Positions 22,700 to 34,546 are shown, counted from the whole stretch's first letter. The stretch: DNA of 63,113 nt, filler included, from Olpidium bornovanus S191 (GCA_017911155.1; 32 parts of 32 records of this genome joined end to end with filler, not necessarily neighbours in it); one strand, 5' to 3'. The notes: a model not told the origin generated them from the letters alone. Translations and numbers: made by a program.

Positions 22700-23060
22700 G
22701 CGAGGGCCTTCTTGAGCGTCAGCTGTCATGTCGGCAGTCCCGAGTCTTTCCAAATGCACCTCGTTCTTCTCAATGCACTCGCGGAGTTAGTGTCACCGTA
22801 CATCTATATGCTTTGAGTGCGTGTGGTGAACCGGGTTTTGGGCGAGAAGCAATGCATCGCGTTTGTCACTATGGATGGTGATTGGCTCGGCGGACGCGGC
22901 GGGCTGTTCGTAGAGAGCCCTTTCAAGAGCCGGCGCAGCCAGACGGCATCCTTCGCTGCTTCGGCCATCGCTATGTATTTGGCCTCCGTCGTACTCGTCG
23001 CAACAACTTCCTGTCGTTTGCTTCTCCAGCTCATGGCACCCCCGCTTGCCAGAAACACAT
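22700..23060 (-). mobile_element. Decayed Ty1/copia RNase H fragment
   Basis: GGAMSWRSKRQEVVATSTTEAKYIAMAEAAKDAVWLRRLL, then a frameshift to ITIHSDK..LAQNPVHHTHSKHIDVR* and HLERLGTADMTAD. Confidence 0.9.
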
Positions 23061-23105
23061 ATCGCTAGTAGACCTATAGGTTTCTCAACATTCCGCGTGG
23101 TCTGC

Positions 23106-23150
<45 letters not shown>

Positions 23151-24744
23151 CATTTCCCGTCGGCCTCGACCTCGGGGAATGTTCGGCATTGGCCCGTGAC
23201 TCCTCGCGTTATGAACCCAGCTCTCTCTCTCTCTCCCTTTCAACGTCTAAGGTACAATAGCGCGTTGGGGGAGGGGCTTGATCGTTTTCAGGGATCGGGG
23301 TTATAAACGCGGGCTATCGTCTCGGCAGGAGGGCAGGTCTGCTCGTTCCCGCTGTCTTTCACTCATTTATCCGCTGCAGGCTCTTCCCATGGTTGCACTA
23401 GTCTGATCTGCGCCGTCATGTCTTCCTCTGCGCTGAATTGTTTCCCTGCCGCGGCAATTCCCCGGCCCGCTTCGGCAAATAAGCCTCCGCTTTTTGCTAA
23501 CTCCCCTCCACCCCGCCGACGTCACCCAACCCCACCCNNNNNNNNNNNNNNNNNNNNNNNNNNNNNNNNNNNNNNNNNNNNTTAATTAATTAANNNNNNN
23601 NNNNNNNNNNNNNNNNNNNNNNNNNNNNNNNNNNNNNCATGGAGAGATCCGGATCCCATCGCTTGGATGACGGATTCGTCGGTCAGTTTAAAGGTCAGCG
23701 GTGTCACGAATGGTTGGTAATCGTGCAACCAGTCCAGGTGGTGCTTGACATGGTTGCTGCATGCACAGTCCGTATATATCGCTTGGTCGTAATCCGGCGA
23801 GCCCGGGCAAAGTGCAGTCGCGGTCATGAAGAGAGACGGAAGGTCGGTGGAATTCACGGTGTCGGTGCCGGCTCTTTTCATCTTCCCCCCCCTTTCCCTC
23901 CTTTTGCACCACCGCCTCCTTCCTGCTTTTTCTTTGAGTGACATACTTTCTCGATGTGGCCCGGCTTGTCACAGAAATGACAAGTGGCGGACATGAAGCG
24001 ACATTGATCGGAGTGGTGTTCTCCTCCGCATCTGTAGCACTTCCTGTTGGTAAACGCAGCTTGTTGCTGGGTCCTCAGACGGGAGGTGATGAAGGCTACT
24101 TCATCGCCCTGATGGCGCTTTCCCCTTCCGGCAAGAGTCCGCTCTTTGTTCAATAGAGAGCTGCAGACATGGGCGAAGTCGGAGGTCTTCTCGTTTTCGA
24201 TGATGTTGTCCCGTACCGTAGTGTAGGCGTCGTAAGGTCGGACCCCTTGGAGTAACACGATGCTTTTATCCTCGTCAGTGATCTTGTCTCCGAGCTGGTT
24301 CAGCTCCACCGCCTTCGAAGACACCTGGGCAATGAAATGTTCAACCGTGTCTTTCTGGGACATTGAAAGGAATTCTGTCTTCAGTTGGACTCTGTTGGCC
24401 TTCGAGGCGTGACGATGGATCTCTTCCAGGGTCTGCCAGGCTTTCCGGGCTGTCGGCGCTTCCATGATATGCATGAGTTGATTATCTTCAACCTCAAAAA
24501 TGATCTCCGCTAGAGCGTCCCCGTCCTTCTCCGGGTCATGAACAAAGTCAGGGTCCAGATCGTCGTCGTGCTTGATATAGTTCCCCAGTTTCCTCTCCCG
24601 AAGGAGCAAGCGCATCTGAAGGCTCCAGCATGCGTAGTTCTTTCCATTCAGCTTGGTGATGGAACGATGGATGGTCGTCATGGTTGGTCACAAGTTGGTC
24701 CCTGGTTTTTCACGTTCACGGTGACGGCTTGCTGTGGCGCGTGT

Positions 24745-25215
24745 GTGAGACGGTTAGTCCTCGTTCACAACGCTGGCTGAAACGTTCGCGAGTCCTCGTT
24801 GGAGATAGGTCTTCGTCCTCAGGGTGGCGCATGAGTGAGGCGGTTAGTCCTCGTTCACAGCGCCGGCGGCCGCGCGTGAGAGCGCGGGCGTGAAGGGTGT
24901 CTTCTTCTTCCCCAGGGTGGCGCGTGAGTGAGGCGGTTAGTCCTCGTTCACAGCGCTGGCAGCGCGTGGGAGCGCGGGGGAGCGCGGGCGAGGACGAAGA
25001 CGGCTTGGTGGGGTCGCGTGAAGATGGACCCGTCTTCTTCTTCCGCAGGGTGGCGCGCGTGTGAGGCGGCGCGTGAGTGAGGCGGTTAGTCCTCGTTCTC
25101 GTCGGCGCGCGAGAGCGCGGGCGTGAAGATGGGTGTCTTCTTCTTCTTCAGGGTGGCGCGGGTGAGGCGGTTAGTCCTCGTTCACAGCGCTGGCGGCGCG
25201 TGAGAGCGCGGGCGG
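24745..25215. repeat. Array of five GGTTAGTCCTCGTT-core repeats in the retroelement 5' UTR
   Basis: The core G(A/G)CGGTTAGTCCTCGTTC(A/T)C recurs at about 24749, 24838, 24930, 25079 and 25165, interspersed with GTCTTCTTCTTC..AGGGTGGCGCG blocks. Confidence 0.92.
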
Positions 25216-25271
25216 GAGAGCCGGCAAGAGAGCGCGGGGCTCGTCGGCGGCGCGGGCGTCGCGGTCACTTT

Positions 25272-25283
25272 GGGCTCATAACC
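25272..25283 (-). promoter_or_regulatory. Primer binding site complementary to the anticodon arm of initiator tRNA-Met (half-tRNA priming)
   Basis: Plus strand GGGCTCATAACC equals the tRNA-iMet anticodon stem-loop sequence. This PBS type is known from Drosophila copia and yeast Ty5. Confidence 0.85.
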
Positions 25284-25645
25284 TTTCACGCCTGGACAGG
25301 GTTATGTGTATTGGAAAGGTAAACGGAGAGTTGCGAAGAATAGAAACCAGATAGTGGTACCCGGTACAAACGGTATGTGCGAGGGGAGCAGTGTGGGGAA
25401 ACAGCGCTTGACTACAACACATTTCCACTGGCGTCAGCATGGTAGGCATGTGTCATGCCGATGTTGCACAAGTTTGCTTTCCCCCATCATCAACGGGTAG
25501 GCCGCGGTTTGCGAGGGCAACACCAGCCTCTTACCGGGTATGGAGCTCGGAAACCAGCAATTTGATGGCATTTACGTTGATTTGACTCGACAAGTATCAT
25601 TTCTATACATAAGCGCTTGAACCCTCTAACGTCACCAACAACCGC

Positions 25646-25728
25646 GGGGAGATGGCCGAGTTGGTCTAAGGCGCTACGTTCAGGTCGTAGTTTCGAAAGA
25701 AGCGAGGGTTCGAATCCCTCTCTCCTCA
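25646..25728 (+). tRNA. tRNA-Leu(CAG), intronless
   Basis: Acceptor stem GGGGAGA/TCTCCTC + A; D arm GCCGAGTTGGTCTAAGGC; anticodon arm CTACG-TTCAGGT-CGTAG; long variable arm; T arm GAGGG-TTCGAAT-CCCTC; T4 terminator downstream. Confidence 0.97.
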
Positions 25729-26545
25729 TATACTTTTGCAATTTTAGAATTTTTTAATTCTACAAAATTTTCCGTTATTCTACAAATACCCAGATAATTT
25801 TCAGTCACAATGCCCTGTTTTGCCCTCCGGTTTGTAGATTGCTCAGCTCACAGGTTTTTGCACAATCTCTACTGTTTTTCTGTCAAAATGTTGTATACCA
25901 CCTCCGGACAATTTTCCTAATCCGAGGGAAACGATCTACATACCCGCCTTCCTACGGCCCGTTTAACTAACCTCACCCCCAGTTGAAGCGGACAGGACGT
26001 TGGCCAACCCAAGGGCGCTGGACCACTGCGGGACGACGTCTGACGGGCGGTTGCGCGGGTGTTGAGCCGTCGGCTGGTAACCTTTTCGAACCGGCCGGCC
26101 CGCAACGGAAGCGACAAGCGCGCGTCCTCCGGGAGACGTCAAGGGGCACAAGGCAAGTAGATGTGAGCTTCGTAAATCGCAGCGCCTAATTACACACGGC
26201 TGTAATCTTCTAGCGCGGGATCCAACGCCGTGTAAATGGCCAGTCGTATCCTCTCTCGCCCGGCAAATTCTGCGGGTGGATTGGGTGCGCGAAAAGGGGG
26301 GTGGTGAGCACGGCCCCAGGCCGGCCGGGGGAACGCCCACCCTCCTTCCCCGCCCGCCCCCGCCGGCCCGCCTCCCCGGCCCAGTCACGCCAACGCCTCT
26401 CGCAGCCGCGCCCGAGACCAGCAGCCGGCGCCGCGCCCTCCCTGCCTGCCTGCACGTCCCCGCCCCGCGCCTGCGACCGCGCCCGCGGCGGACGTCCACG
26501 GTGCCACGCAGCGTTAAGAAAATCGTCCAACTGATTGCAGCCGAG

Positions 26546-27851
26546 ATGTCTTACCGAAAGCCCATACTGCAGCTGTCGCGGCCGATATCCGCGCAGCAGC
26601 AGCAGCAGCCGCATGGTTTGGCGCGTGTCGGCCAGCAGCCGCGGCCGTCCGCCGGCAAGGCCTCAGACGAGCAACCACGTCGCGGAGGTAAATGAGACGG
26701 TTTTCTGTCCGCATGAACGGTGTCGCTGCTTGACAAGCGCGGGACCCAACCGCGGCAGGGGCTACGGTCCCCTGCTGGCCACGGACTGTACCAGCCTTCC
26801 GCTGCGTTTACCGACGTTTTGCGCCACGGACCTTCGGCCGAAGGCGACCCGGTGGTGTTTTGAGCCGAAGCGGCCCCCACCCCACCCAGCAGCGCACGCA
26901 ATCTCGTTCTGGTGAATCGCAGATAACCGGCTTTAGCGATTGCGACAACGCGGCGGAGTTACCTTGTGGACTTACTGTTCTTGACTGCATACTCACCAGA
27001 CGATGTGCAGGCCGCAAATCCGCTGCAACAGCTGCTGGGCGATTATAGTGACAGTGAGAGCGACGAAGAAGCGGAGGAAGCGGGGAATGACGGCCCTACA
27101 GATGAACTTGACGCGGAGCTTGCGAGTTTCATGAAAGAGATAAACGCCATGCCTGTGGTAGACGATCCCGCCGCTGTTGCTGCGGAGCCAAACGATGCCG
27201 TCGCCCCGACGGAAATTGCCAACGTTGGGAACGATCTAGTTTCGCAACCGAAGGTTGAATCACCAGTTGCCGGCGACAACGCGACTTCCGCCGCGGACGC
27301 CGACGCCTTCCCAAAGCCAGAGCCGGACAGCCCATTCCATGCCCACTCGCGCACCCTTCTGGCCCGCCTCGATCACATCCTGGCTGCCGCGTACGGTACG
27401 GCAGCGCTGCGGTCGCGCGCAACCGTCCTGTCAGAGAAGCGTGCCGCTCTTGCCTTTCGGATCAGTGAATGGAACGAAGGGGCATACCGGGTCGGGTACT
27501 TTGAGAAAACGTGTGGCGCTCTGGAGGGATACTTGAGGGTGCTTGAAGGTAGGCAGCGGTTTACCACGCGGTGAAGTCTCCGCTAGTATTTGACTTTGAT
27601 ATATTTATTATTGCGTCAGGGCAAGTCGCGCCCGTCGGATGGGTCTACGCCTGGAGCGAAGAGGATCAGTCGTACTATTTTCGGCACGATTTAACGGTAC
27701 GTGGCTTCTGTCGCTGCATCTATATGGTGATAGTGACGCCAACATAGTACACTGCACCAGGGAGCCGTTTCTTGGAGTGAGCCTACGCCTCAGTGTACCG
27801 CGCAGCTTGATTCGATATCTGCCACCACCGCCCACACGTTGTCGCACGATG

Positions 27852-27882
<31 letters not shown>

Positions 27883-28210
27883 TCCTATTTCGGAACCGTC
27901 ACCGCCTCCACCCCCGCCGGCGGAAAAGGAATCTGATCCGGGCACCCAACCGCCGCCGCCCCCGGGCGAACCGTCGCCGGGTTCAAGTATGGACCTGTTC
28001 GGAAAGGATGGTGATCGGAGAAAAGTGCAAGCAGTTTTTCCGGCTAACAACGCGTATCTGACCACTATTTGAACGAAGATTTGAGTCGGGATTTGTCCGG
28101 AAACGTCGATAACAGCGTCCACGGAAATGTGGGCGGCCATGGCAATGGGACACCTCGCAAGCGGAAAGCAGACGCGGCCCACACGGGGGGCATCAAGAGT
28201 AAAAAGATGG
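26546..28210 (+). CDS. FNBP4: Formin-binding protein 4 (FNBP4)-like WW-domain protein (3' partial)
   Basis: N-terminal RKPILQLS ~ human RRPILQLS; LLGDYSDSESDEE; ELDAELASFMKEINA; FRISEWNEGA..GYF ~ TRIADWREGA..GNY; spliced WW domain APVGWVYAWSEEDQSYYFRHDLT|GAVSWSEP; poly-Pro; IKSKKM at the last donor. Confidence 0.8.
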
Positions 28211-28359
28211 TACGTTTAACATTGTTTTGGAAAACAACGCTTTGTCCTCTCCCTATGGNNNNNNNNNNNNNNNNNNNNNNNNNNNNNNNNNNNNNNNNNN
28301 NNTTAATTAATTAANNNNNNNNNNNNNNNNNNNNNNNNNNNNNNNNNNNNNNNNNNNNC

Positions 28360-29040
28360 ATGGATCTCAGCCTGTGGTTCAATGGACCGGACTCGGGTGA
28401 TGATGAACTCGCAGCATTCAGCAATTCAGACTGGGCGGGATGTCACATTACGAGGGCATCCACGACCGGGATAATAATCCAACTCGCGGGAGGCGCGGTA
28501 TCGTGGAGATCCGCACGGCAAAAATGTGTCTCCACCTCCTCCTGCGAAGCCAAGTTTGTTGCCAGGTCGGCAGCGGCACAGGAGATCAAATGGCTTCGCT
28601 CCCTCCTCGAAGCAATCGATCCGCAGGTGGTGGTCGGGCCCACCAGGCTGATGATAGACAACACCAGTGTGGCTGAGTTGGCCTCAGACCACAAGATATC
28701 CAAAAGGTCCAAACACATAGACATTCGCTTTCACAATCTCCGTTGGTGCACGGCGGAAGGGAGCATCAGGATCTGCCGCGTTGGAACAGCCGAAAACCCG
28801 GCTGATATCCTCACCAAACCATTGGACCGCTGGAAGTTCGCAAAATTCCGCGATCAAATCGGCATGCGGGCAAGTACTGCGTGAAAATCACCTCTGGAAG
28901 CGCAAACGAGAAACCGCCTCAAGATTACGACACCAAAGGCACTTTGAGGCGATTTATAGAATTTATAGATGACCATGGGCGATAGCGTGCCCAGTGAGGC
29001 GGGGTGTTGGAAAGGGCGAGGCAAAGTAAAGGGGGCACTG
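28360..29040 (+). mobile_element. 3' end of a Ty1/copia element: RNase H, polypurine tract and start of the 3' LTR
   Basis: ORF 28360-28884: AFSNSDWAG..STTG..VSWRSARQKCVSTSSCEAKF..IDN..SKRSKHIDIRFH..ENPADILTKPL. PPT AGTGAGGCGGGG at 28993-29004, then TGTTGGAAAGG at 29005. Confidence 0.93.
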
Positions 29041-31139
29041 CGCACTCTCCGCCCCTGGACCATAGTTTCCCCTTTTTCCCGTACACATATAGAGTAAACA
29101 AAAGGGCGGCGGAAAATACAGCCCCGGCAGAGCAGAGCTCCTCCGTACCCCGAAAAACCGTCTACGTCTTCAGGGCCAATAACGGGGAGAGGGAAAAAAG
29201 GTAATCCCGTCCCTTTTCCCCCCCATTTTCCCCCCTGGTCCCCCCCCCCCCCCCCCGCCCCCCCCCCCCCCCCGCACCCCCCACCCCGTTAAAAGACCCC
29301 GCCCTACGTCTCAGCATGTCCGCATGGCGGGCCGGTCATAACGCGCGCGCGCCCCTCCCTCCTCCCCCCCTCTTCCTGCCGCAACCCTAGCCCCCCCCCC
29401 TTTTTTAGTTTCTTTAATTTTTGTTCTTTCTCCCATGCCCCAGGGAAGCGCCCCTCGGGCTCTCCCAATCGCCCCCCNNNNNNNNNNNNNNNNNNNNNNN
29501 NNNNNNNNNNNNNNNNNNNNNTTAATTAATTAANNNNNNNNNNNNNNNNNNNNNNNNNNNNNNNNNNNNNNNNNNNNCCCCGCCCCATCCTTCCCGTTCA
29601 CCAAGAGTAACACCGAAGAAAACACACACAGAGCGGCCGCGAACAGAAAACAACCGAAACTAACGCCTGGCACATCGACGCGTGTCGAAGGAGTGCACGC
29701 TCGATCGTCATCCGCAGAGATGTCATCGACGGTCCGAGGCCCCGGTCAAAACGTCGGCGGCGCGGCGCGGATGCAGCGGTGCCGTCGGGTCGAGCGGGGC
29801 GCGGACGACAGAGGGCAGGGCAAAAGGTCGGCGGCGGACCGGCGTGCCGGACGGGCGAAGACAAGCTCATTATCGAACGCACGCGTCGACCCATGTTGTC
29901 AGGGATCAGGGCCAGCTGGTCCGCTGCGGTCAGGAAACGCGAACGAGCGCGAGAGCGCGGGAGTTTTATTTTGTTTTATTTTCTTTTTCTTTGGACGCGG
30001 GCGGGGAAGAGAAAAGAAGGAAAAGCTGTCAAAACCGCGCGGGCAACCGTCGTGTTGAGGCTGTGGTCTCATGAATTCTTCCCCTTCGAAAGCCAGCGGC
30101 GGTCTCTTCGCCCCTTTCTGTTTCTCTCTCTCTTCGTCTCTCTCTTTCGCGTTCGTGGTCGTTACCCTCTCCTTCGCGGAACCCACAAAAAAAAAAAAGA
30201 ATAAATAAACAAACAAAAAAAAAAAGCGCGAGACTCAATTCCCGCAGCGCGCGCGCGCGCGACGCACGGCAAACAAGCGCCCGCTTCTCCTTTTCCCCAA
30301 GAGAACAAACAGGGCAACATCCCCCTCGGTCGGAGGAAAAGAAAAAAAAAAAAAAACCCCCGCGCCATGCTGCCCAAATCCGCCGCTGCCCCGGTGACCG
30401 GAACCGCCGGTAAAAGAACGCGTTCGACCCCCTTCTCACCCCCCTCCTCCGCGCGTTACTCTCCTCCTCCTCGTGCGCCTTCGCTCGCTGACGCGTCCCT
30501 TGCAAACAAAAAAAAAAAAAAAAAAACAAACAGAGAAGACGCCGGCCCCCGCCCCCGCCGGACAAACTCCGGCAAAACCCGCCTCCAAGACGAAGATAGA
30601 GAGAGATCAAGAAGAAGGCCACGCGTCGTGAGGTCGGGAAAAGGGGGGGGGGGGGGTTTGCGTGTTTCCGCCCCCCCCCCCCCTCCTCGCCGCCTGCCTA
30701 TACAACGCTTTGATCTGGTTCGGGAAGGTTCGGCCGCAGTCGACTTCGTCCCTCCCTGGGAGTTTTAAAGACCCGCTCGCCCGAGCATCTCGTCTCCGTA
30801 CAGCATCTTATCTCCCGCGTTTTACCTCGCGCGGCTTCCCTGCGGGCTGACAATTTTCCTGAGCTCTTTCGTGAACGGTGAGCTCGGCGGGGGGGGGGCG
30901 GGGGGGGGGGGGGGGGGAGCCGTAATATCGGCGAATTCCTACCACGCTGTGGGCTTCGGAGCATTTTTTGAGCCCGCGGTAAATTTTCCACCGCTTTCTC
31001 GTAGAATTTCCGAGCCCAACGCCAGTGCCGGAGCCGCNNNNNNNNNNNNNNNNNNNNNNNNNNNNNNNNNNNNNNNNNNNNTTAATTAATTAANNNNNNN
31101 NNNNNNNNNNNNNNNNNNNNNNNNNNNNNNNNNNNNNGC

Positions 31140-31268
31140 ATGCTGTCAGGGGGCTTAGAAGTCAAACTAGCCCGCGTCATTGCTGCCGGATGCTGTCAGG
31201 GGGCTTAGAAGTCAAACTAGCCCGCGTCATTGCTGCCGGATGCTGTCAGGGGCCTTAGAAGTCAAACT
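31140..31268. repeat. 50-bp tandem repeat, about 2.6 copies, at a contig start
   Basis: Units beginning ATGCTGTCAGGGG and containing TTAGAAGTCAAACT start at 31140, 31190 and 31240. Confidence 0.95.
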
Positions 31269-31593
31269 TTGGCCGGTTTTGAAGAGATTGTGCCAGGAAG
31301 CACCGCGCCGGAGCTGTTTGACAAACTTCCCTTTGGCGGGAGAGCCCTCTACGGAGGGAGAGAGGGGAAAAAACCCCCACCCACCACAGGAAACCCGAAA
31401 CCGGAAGGATGCCGCAGTGGGGTTGGAGTTGTGCAGACGGTCGGCTTTCAGCCGGTGGAACGCCCCGGCGATTTGGTGGCTGCGAACGGATCCTTCCCCG
31501 GGGAAAGTCGAACGCGCGCGCGTCGCCCCGACTCCACCGGAGAAACGTAATTCACCGGTCGGCCGCGCTGCTGGGCCCTCGACGCGAGCTGCT

Positions 31594-31629
<36 letters not shown>

Positions 31630-31662
31630 CGGCCCCGCGGGGGGGGGGGGGGGGCGGGGCGG

Positions 31663-31699
<37 letters not shown>

Positions 31700-33307
31700 G
31701 GCGAGGCCCGCTGCCGCTCGCGGTTGCGGGCCCGACCGGGACACCGCGAGAGGGCCATCCATCGGGCGCAACGCTTCCCCGGGTACTGCGTGACGTACTC
31801 TTCGCCGACAAAACAATTCCCGCCGTCCCCGTGAACAAGTCCGCGCTTTCTCCGGTAGGAGGTGTGGCACGAGGCGACCTCTCTGCGCACAGAGGTGCGG
31901 GGGAAGACCCCCGTTCCAAATACCGTAGTCCTAGGCAGGTTCACTTCTTCCCTTCTGGCACCCCGGCTCTTAGACCTTCTCGCAGCGCTGAAGCGCTGAC
32001 GGGAAGAAACGCGCTGCAGGCTGTGCAAAAAAAAAATGGAAGGAGCCGCTGCTGCCGACGGCGAGAGACGTTGCAGCTCGCCGTGCACCGCTCTCCGCGG
32101 ACCTGTGGTTGTCCCAATTACCGTTGTCCTAGATGGTTCTTTTTTTTTTTTTTAGTACTTCATTGGACTCCGTTGCAGCGCTGAAAGTTGTTGATGGGGG
32201 GGGGGGGGAAGAAACGTGTCGCAGGCCTTGTCGCAGGCCTGTGTCGCATACCAGATCTTCTCTGCCGTCGACATCGAGAGAGACATGGTTGCGGCCGGAA
32301 TTTACCGCGGCGAGCGGCTCCGGCCGACCGACGATGCACACGATCACGTCGGGAATTTTGTCCCCCCCCCCCCCCCCCCCCCCCCCCCACACACCCCAAA
32401 AAANNNNNNNNNNNNNNNNNNNNNNNNNNNNNNNNNNNNNNNNNNNNTTAATTAATTAANNNNNNNNNNNNNNNNNNNNNNNNNNNNNNNNNNNNNNNNN
32501 NNNCATGATTTATCTTCTACAGCCTGAAATATTTTACTGGCGATCGCGGGGGCCTTTCTTGAAAGTCACAACCTGTTGTTCAGATTTTGCAGATTCTGAA
32601 TCGTCGCGTGTCGGGAATTCTGGCATTGTGGTTGTTCGGAGCTGCAGTCCGGCATTGCCGGCCCTTCCCTCCCCCTTCTCCTTCTCCCTTCTTCCTTCCT
32701 TCTTTCCTGCCATGCTCCCTTCCGTCCGTCCTTCCCCCCTTCCCTTCTTCCTCATTGGCGCCGGAACGGATATTCCGTTCGGCGTGTGCGGGCCCTCCAT
32801 CTTTTTTCCCTCCCTCCTTTCGTTCCTTTCTTCTTTCCTTCCGTCCGACCGTCAGTCCGTCCGTCCGTCCGTCCGTCCGTCCTTTCTTCCGTTCTCCATT
32901 CCGGCGTTGTCGCGGTGCGTGCAGCGGCGTTGCGGTTCGGCGCGGTCCTCTCTACCTTTCGCCTCTTCGCCCGTTCACACTGGCTGCCGTTTGCCGGGAG
33001 GGAAATTCTCTATTTTTTTTTGGCAGAGTAGCTGAACGCAAATCACGTGACATGCCCCACCCCCCACTGTTTGTCCGTCCAACCAGCATCACTGCCGACG
33101 GCCCCGACGCCACGCCCGTCCCGCCGCCAAGCCGCCAAAGCCGCTATTATTCCGCGGTATTGAGAGGCGCAACGGTCGTGTTTTTGCGAAGAGAAAGCGC
33201 TTGGGCACCGGTTGGCCGCAGGAACGCGAGTTCATTCTTCTGACGCGGCAGCGTAACCGGGCAAAGGGAAAGCAGGGGCTTGGCCGCTCCATCACGAGGT
33301 CAATGTC

Positions 33308-34363
33308 ATGAGCTGCTCACTCAAGGTCGCAGTCCGGGTGCGGCCTCTCAACTCGCGAGGTAAGCGTTCTGGGCACCACGGTCCGCGACGTCTCGTGCGA
33401 CAACCGTTGCAAGGAAACATCGAGCACCGTCGCTTAACCTTGTTTTTCCTGAACCACGCAGAATTGGGTCGAGGAGCGCTGAATCTCGTCACCGTAAACG
33501 GGAACCAGACGACGATCAGAAAGGCCCCGTCCGGAGCAACGAGCGCGGACGGCGGTCGGTCCACGGCAGCGGAACTGACGACCAAGACCTTTACGTATGA
33601 TCATTCGTACTGGTCGGTCGACAAAAGCGATCCGAACTACGCGTCGCAGGATGCTATCTACAATGACCTCGGCAGGGAGCTGCTGGACCACGCGTTCGAG
33701 GGATACAATACGTGCATCTTTGCATGTAAGTTTGCAGTCCGGCTTCGCGAGAAGCTCGTAATTACGCTGATTAAGCGATGCGTGCAGCAGCCCTCCTGAA
33801 ATTCAGCTTTTGACTTCTCGACCGCTTGTGAATTACACGGTGGCAACTTGCAGACGGACAGACGGGTTCCGGGAAATCTTACACCATGGTGCGAATGCAG
33901 CAAATCCGACCCGCCGTCCACGGCGCTTTTCCTTCGATGCGTGGCCATCATCCACCCTGGAGCCGCATTGCCTCCTGACCAGTCGTCAGTTGACATCCGC
34001 GTTTTTGCTGTCTTTCGCTTCCTGCCCCTCGGGCCGGCTCGCTACCACGGTTTATACGGGCGCCCTGGGCGATTCTAAAAGCTGGGCTACGGAGACGAAA
34101 AGGGCATTATCCCCTTGACGTGCTCCGATCTATTTTCCCGGATAGCTTGTAACAAGGACTCCAACCTTTCCTCCACCATCACCGTTTCGTACTTGGAGAT
34201 CTATAACGAGCGAGTCAGGGATCTGCTAAATCCCGTCCGCAAAGGCTCACGTAACTTGCGCATCAGGGAACACCCGGCTCTTGGACCATACGTGGAGGAC
34301 CTGAGCAAGATGGTTGCTACCAGTTTTGAGGACATCCGTGCTTTGATGGACGAGGGAAATAAG
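33308..34363 (+). CDS. Kinesin-3 (Unc104/KIF1-like) motor domain, 3' partial
   Basis: [12 protein letters not shown]|[31 protein letters not shown]|[61 protein letters not shown]. Confidence 0.95.
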
Positions 34364-34546
34364 GTACAGGTGGTGACATTCGAATGTCTTGAAGCGACGT
34401 TCCGAGACCCGCCCATTACCGTTACGCTATTAGTTCCACGGGCATGNNNNNNNNNNNNNNNNNNNNNNNNNNNNNNNNNNNNNNNNNNNNTTAATTAATT
34501 AANNNNNNNNNNNNNNNNNNNNNNNNNNNNNNNNNNNNNNNNNNNN

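Larger units (their letters stand above)
23638..25317 (-). mobile_element. 5' part of a Ty1/copia LTR retrotransposon (LTR end, PBS, repetitive 5' UTR, gag, protease)
   Basis: gag at 24681-23878: ITKLNGKNYACWSLQMRLLL, UBN2-like core, two Zn knuckles. A frameshift near the C8 run (23885-23892) leads to protease-like AIYTDCACSNHV. PBS GGTTATGAGCCC at 25283-25272. LTR-type end TTTCCAATACA at 25317-25307. Confidence 0.92.

Noticed and set aside
32185-32345. Possible internal exon QALSQACVAYQIFSAVDIERDMVAAGIYRGE
   Set aside because: Looks coding but is too short to assign, and its splice boundaries are uncertain.
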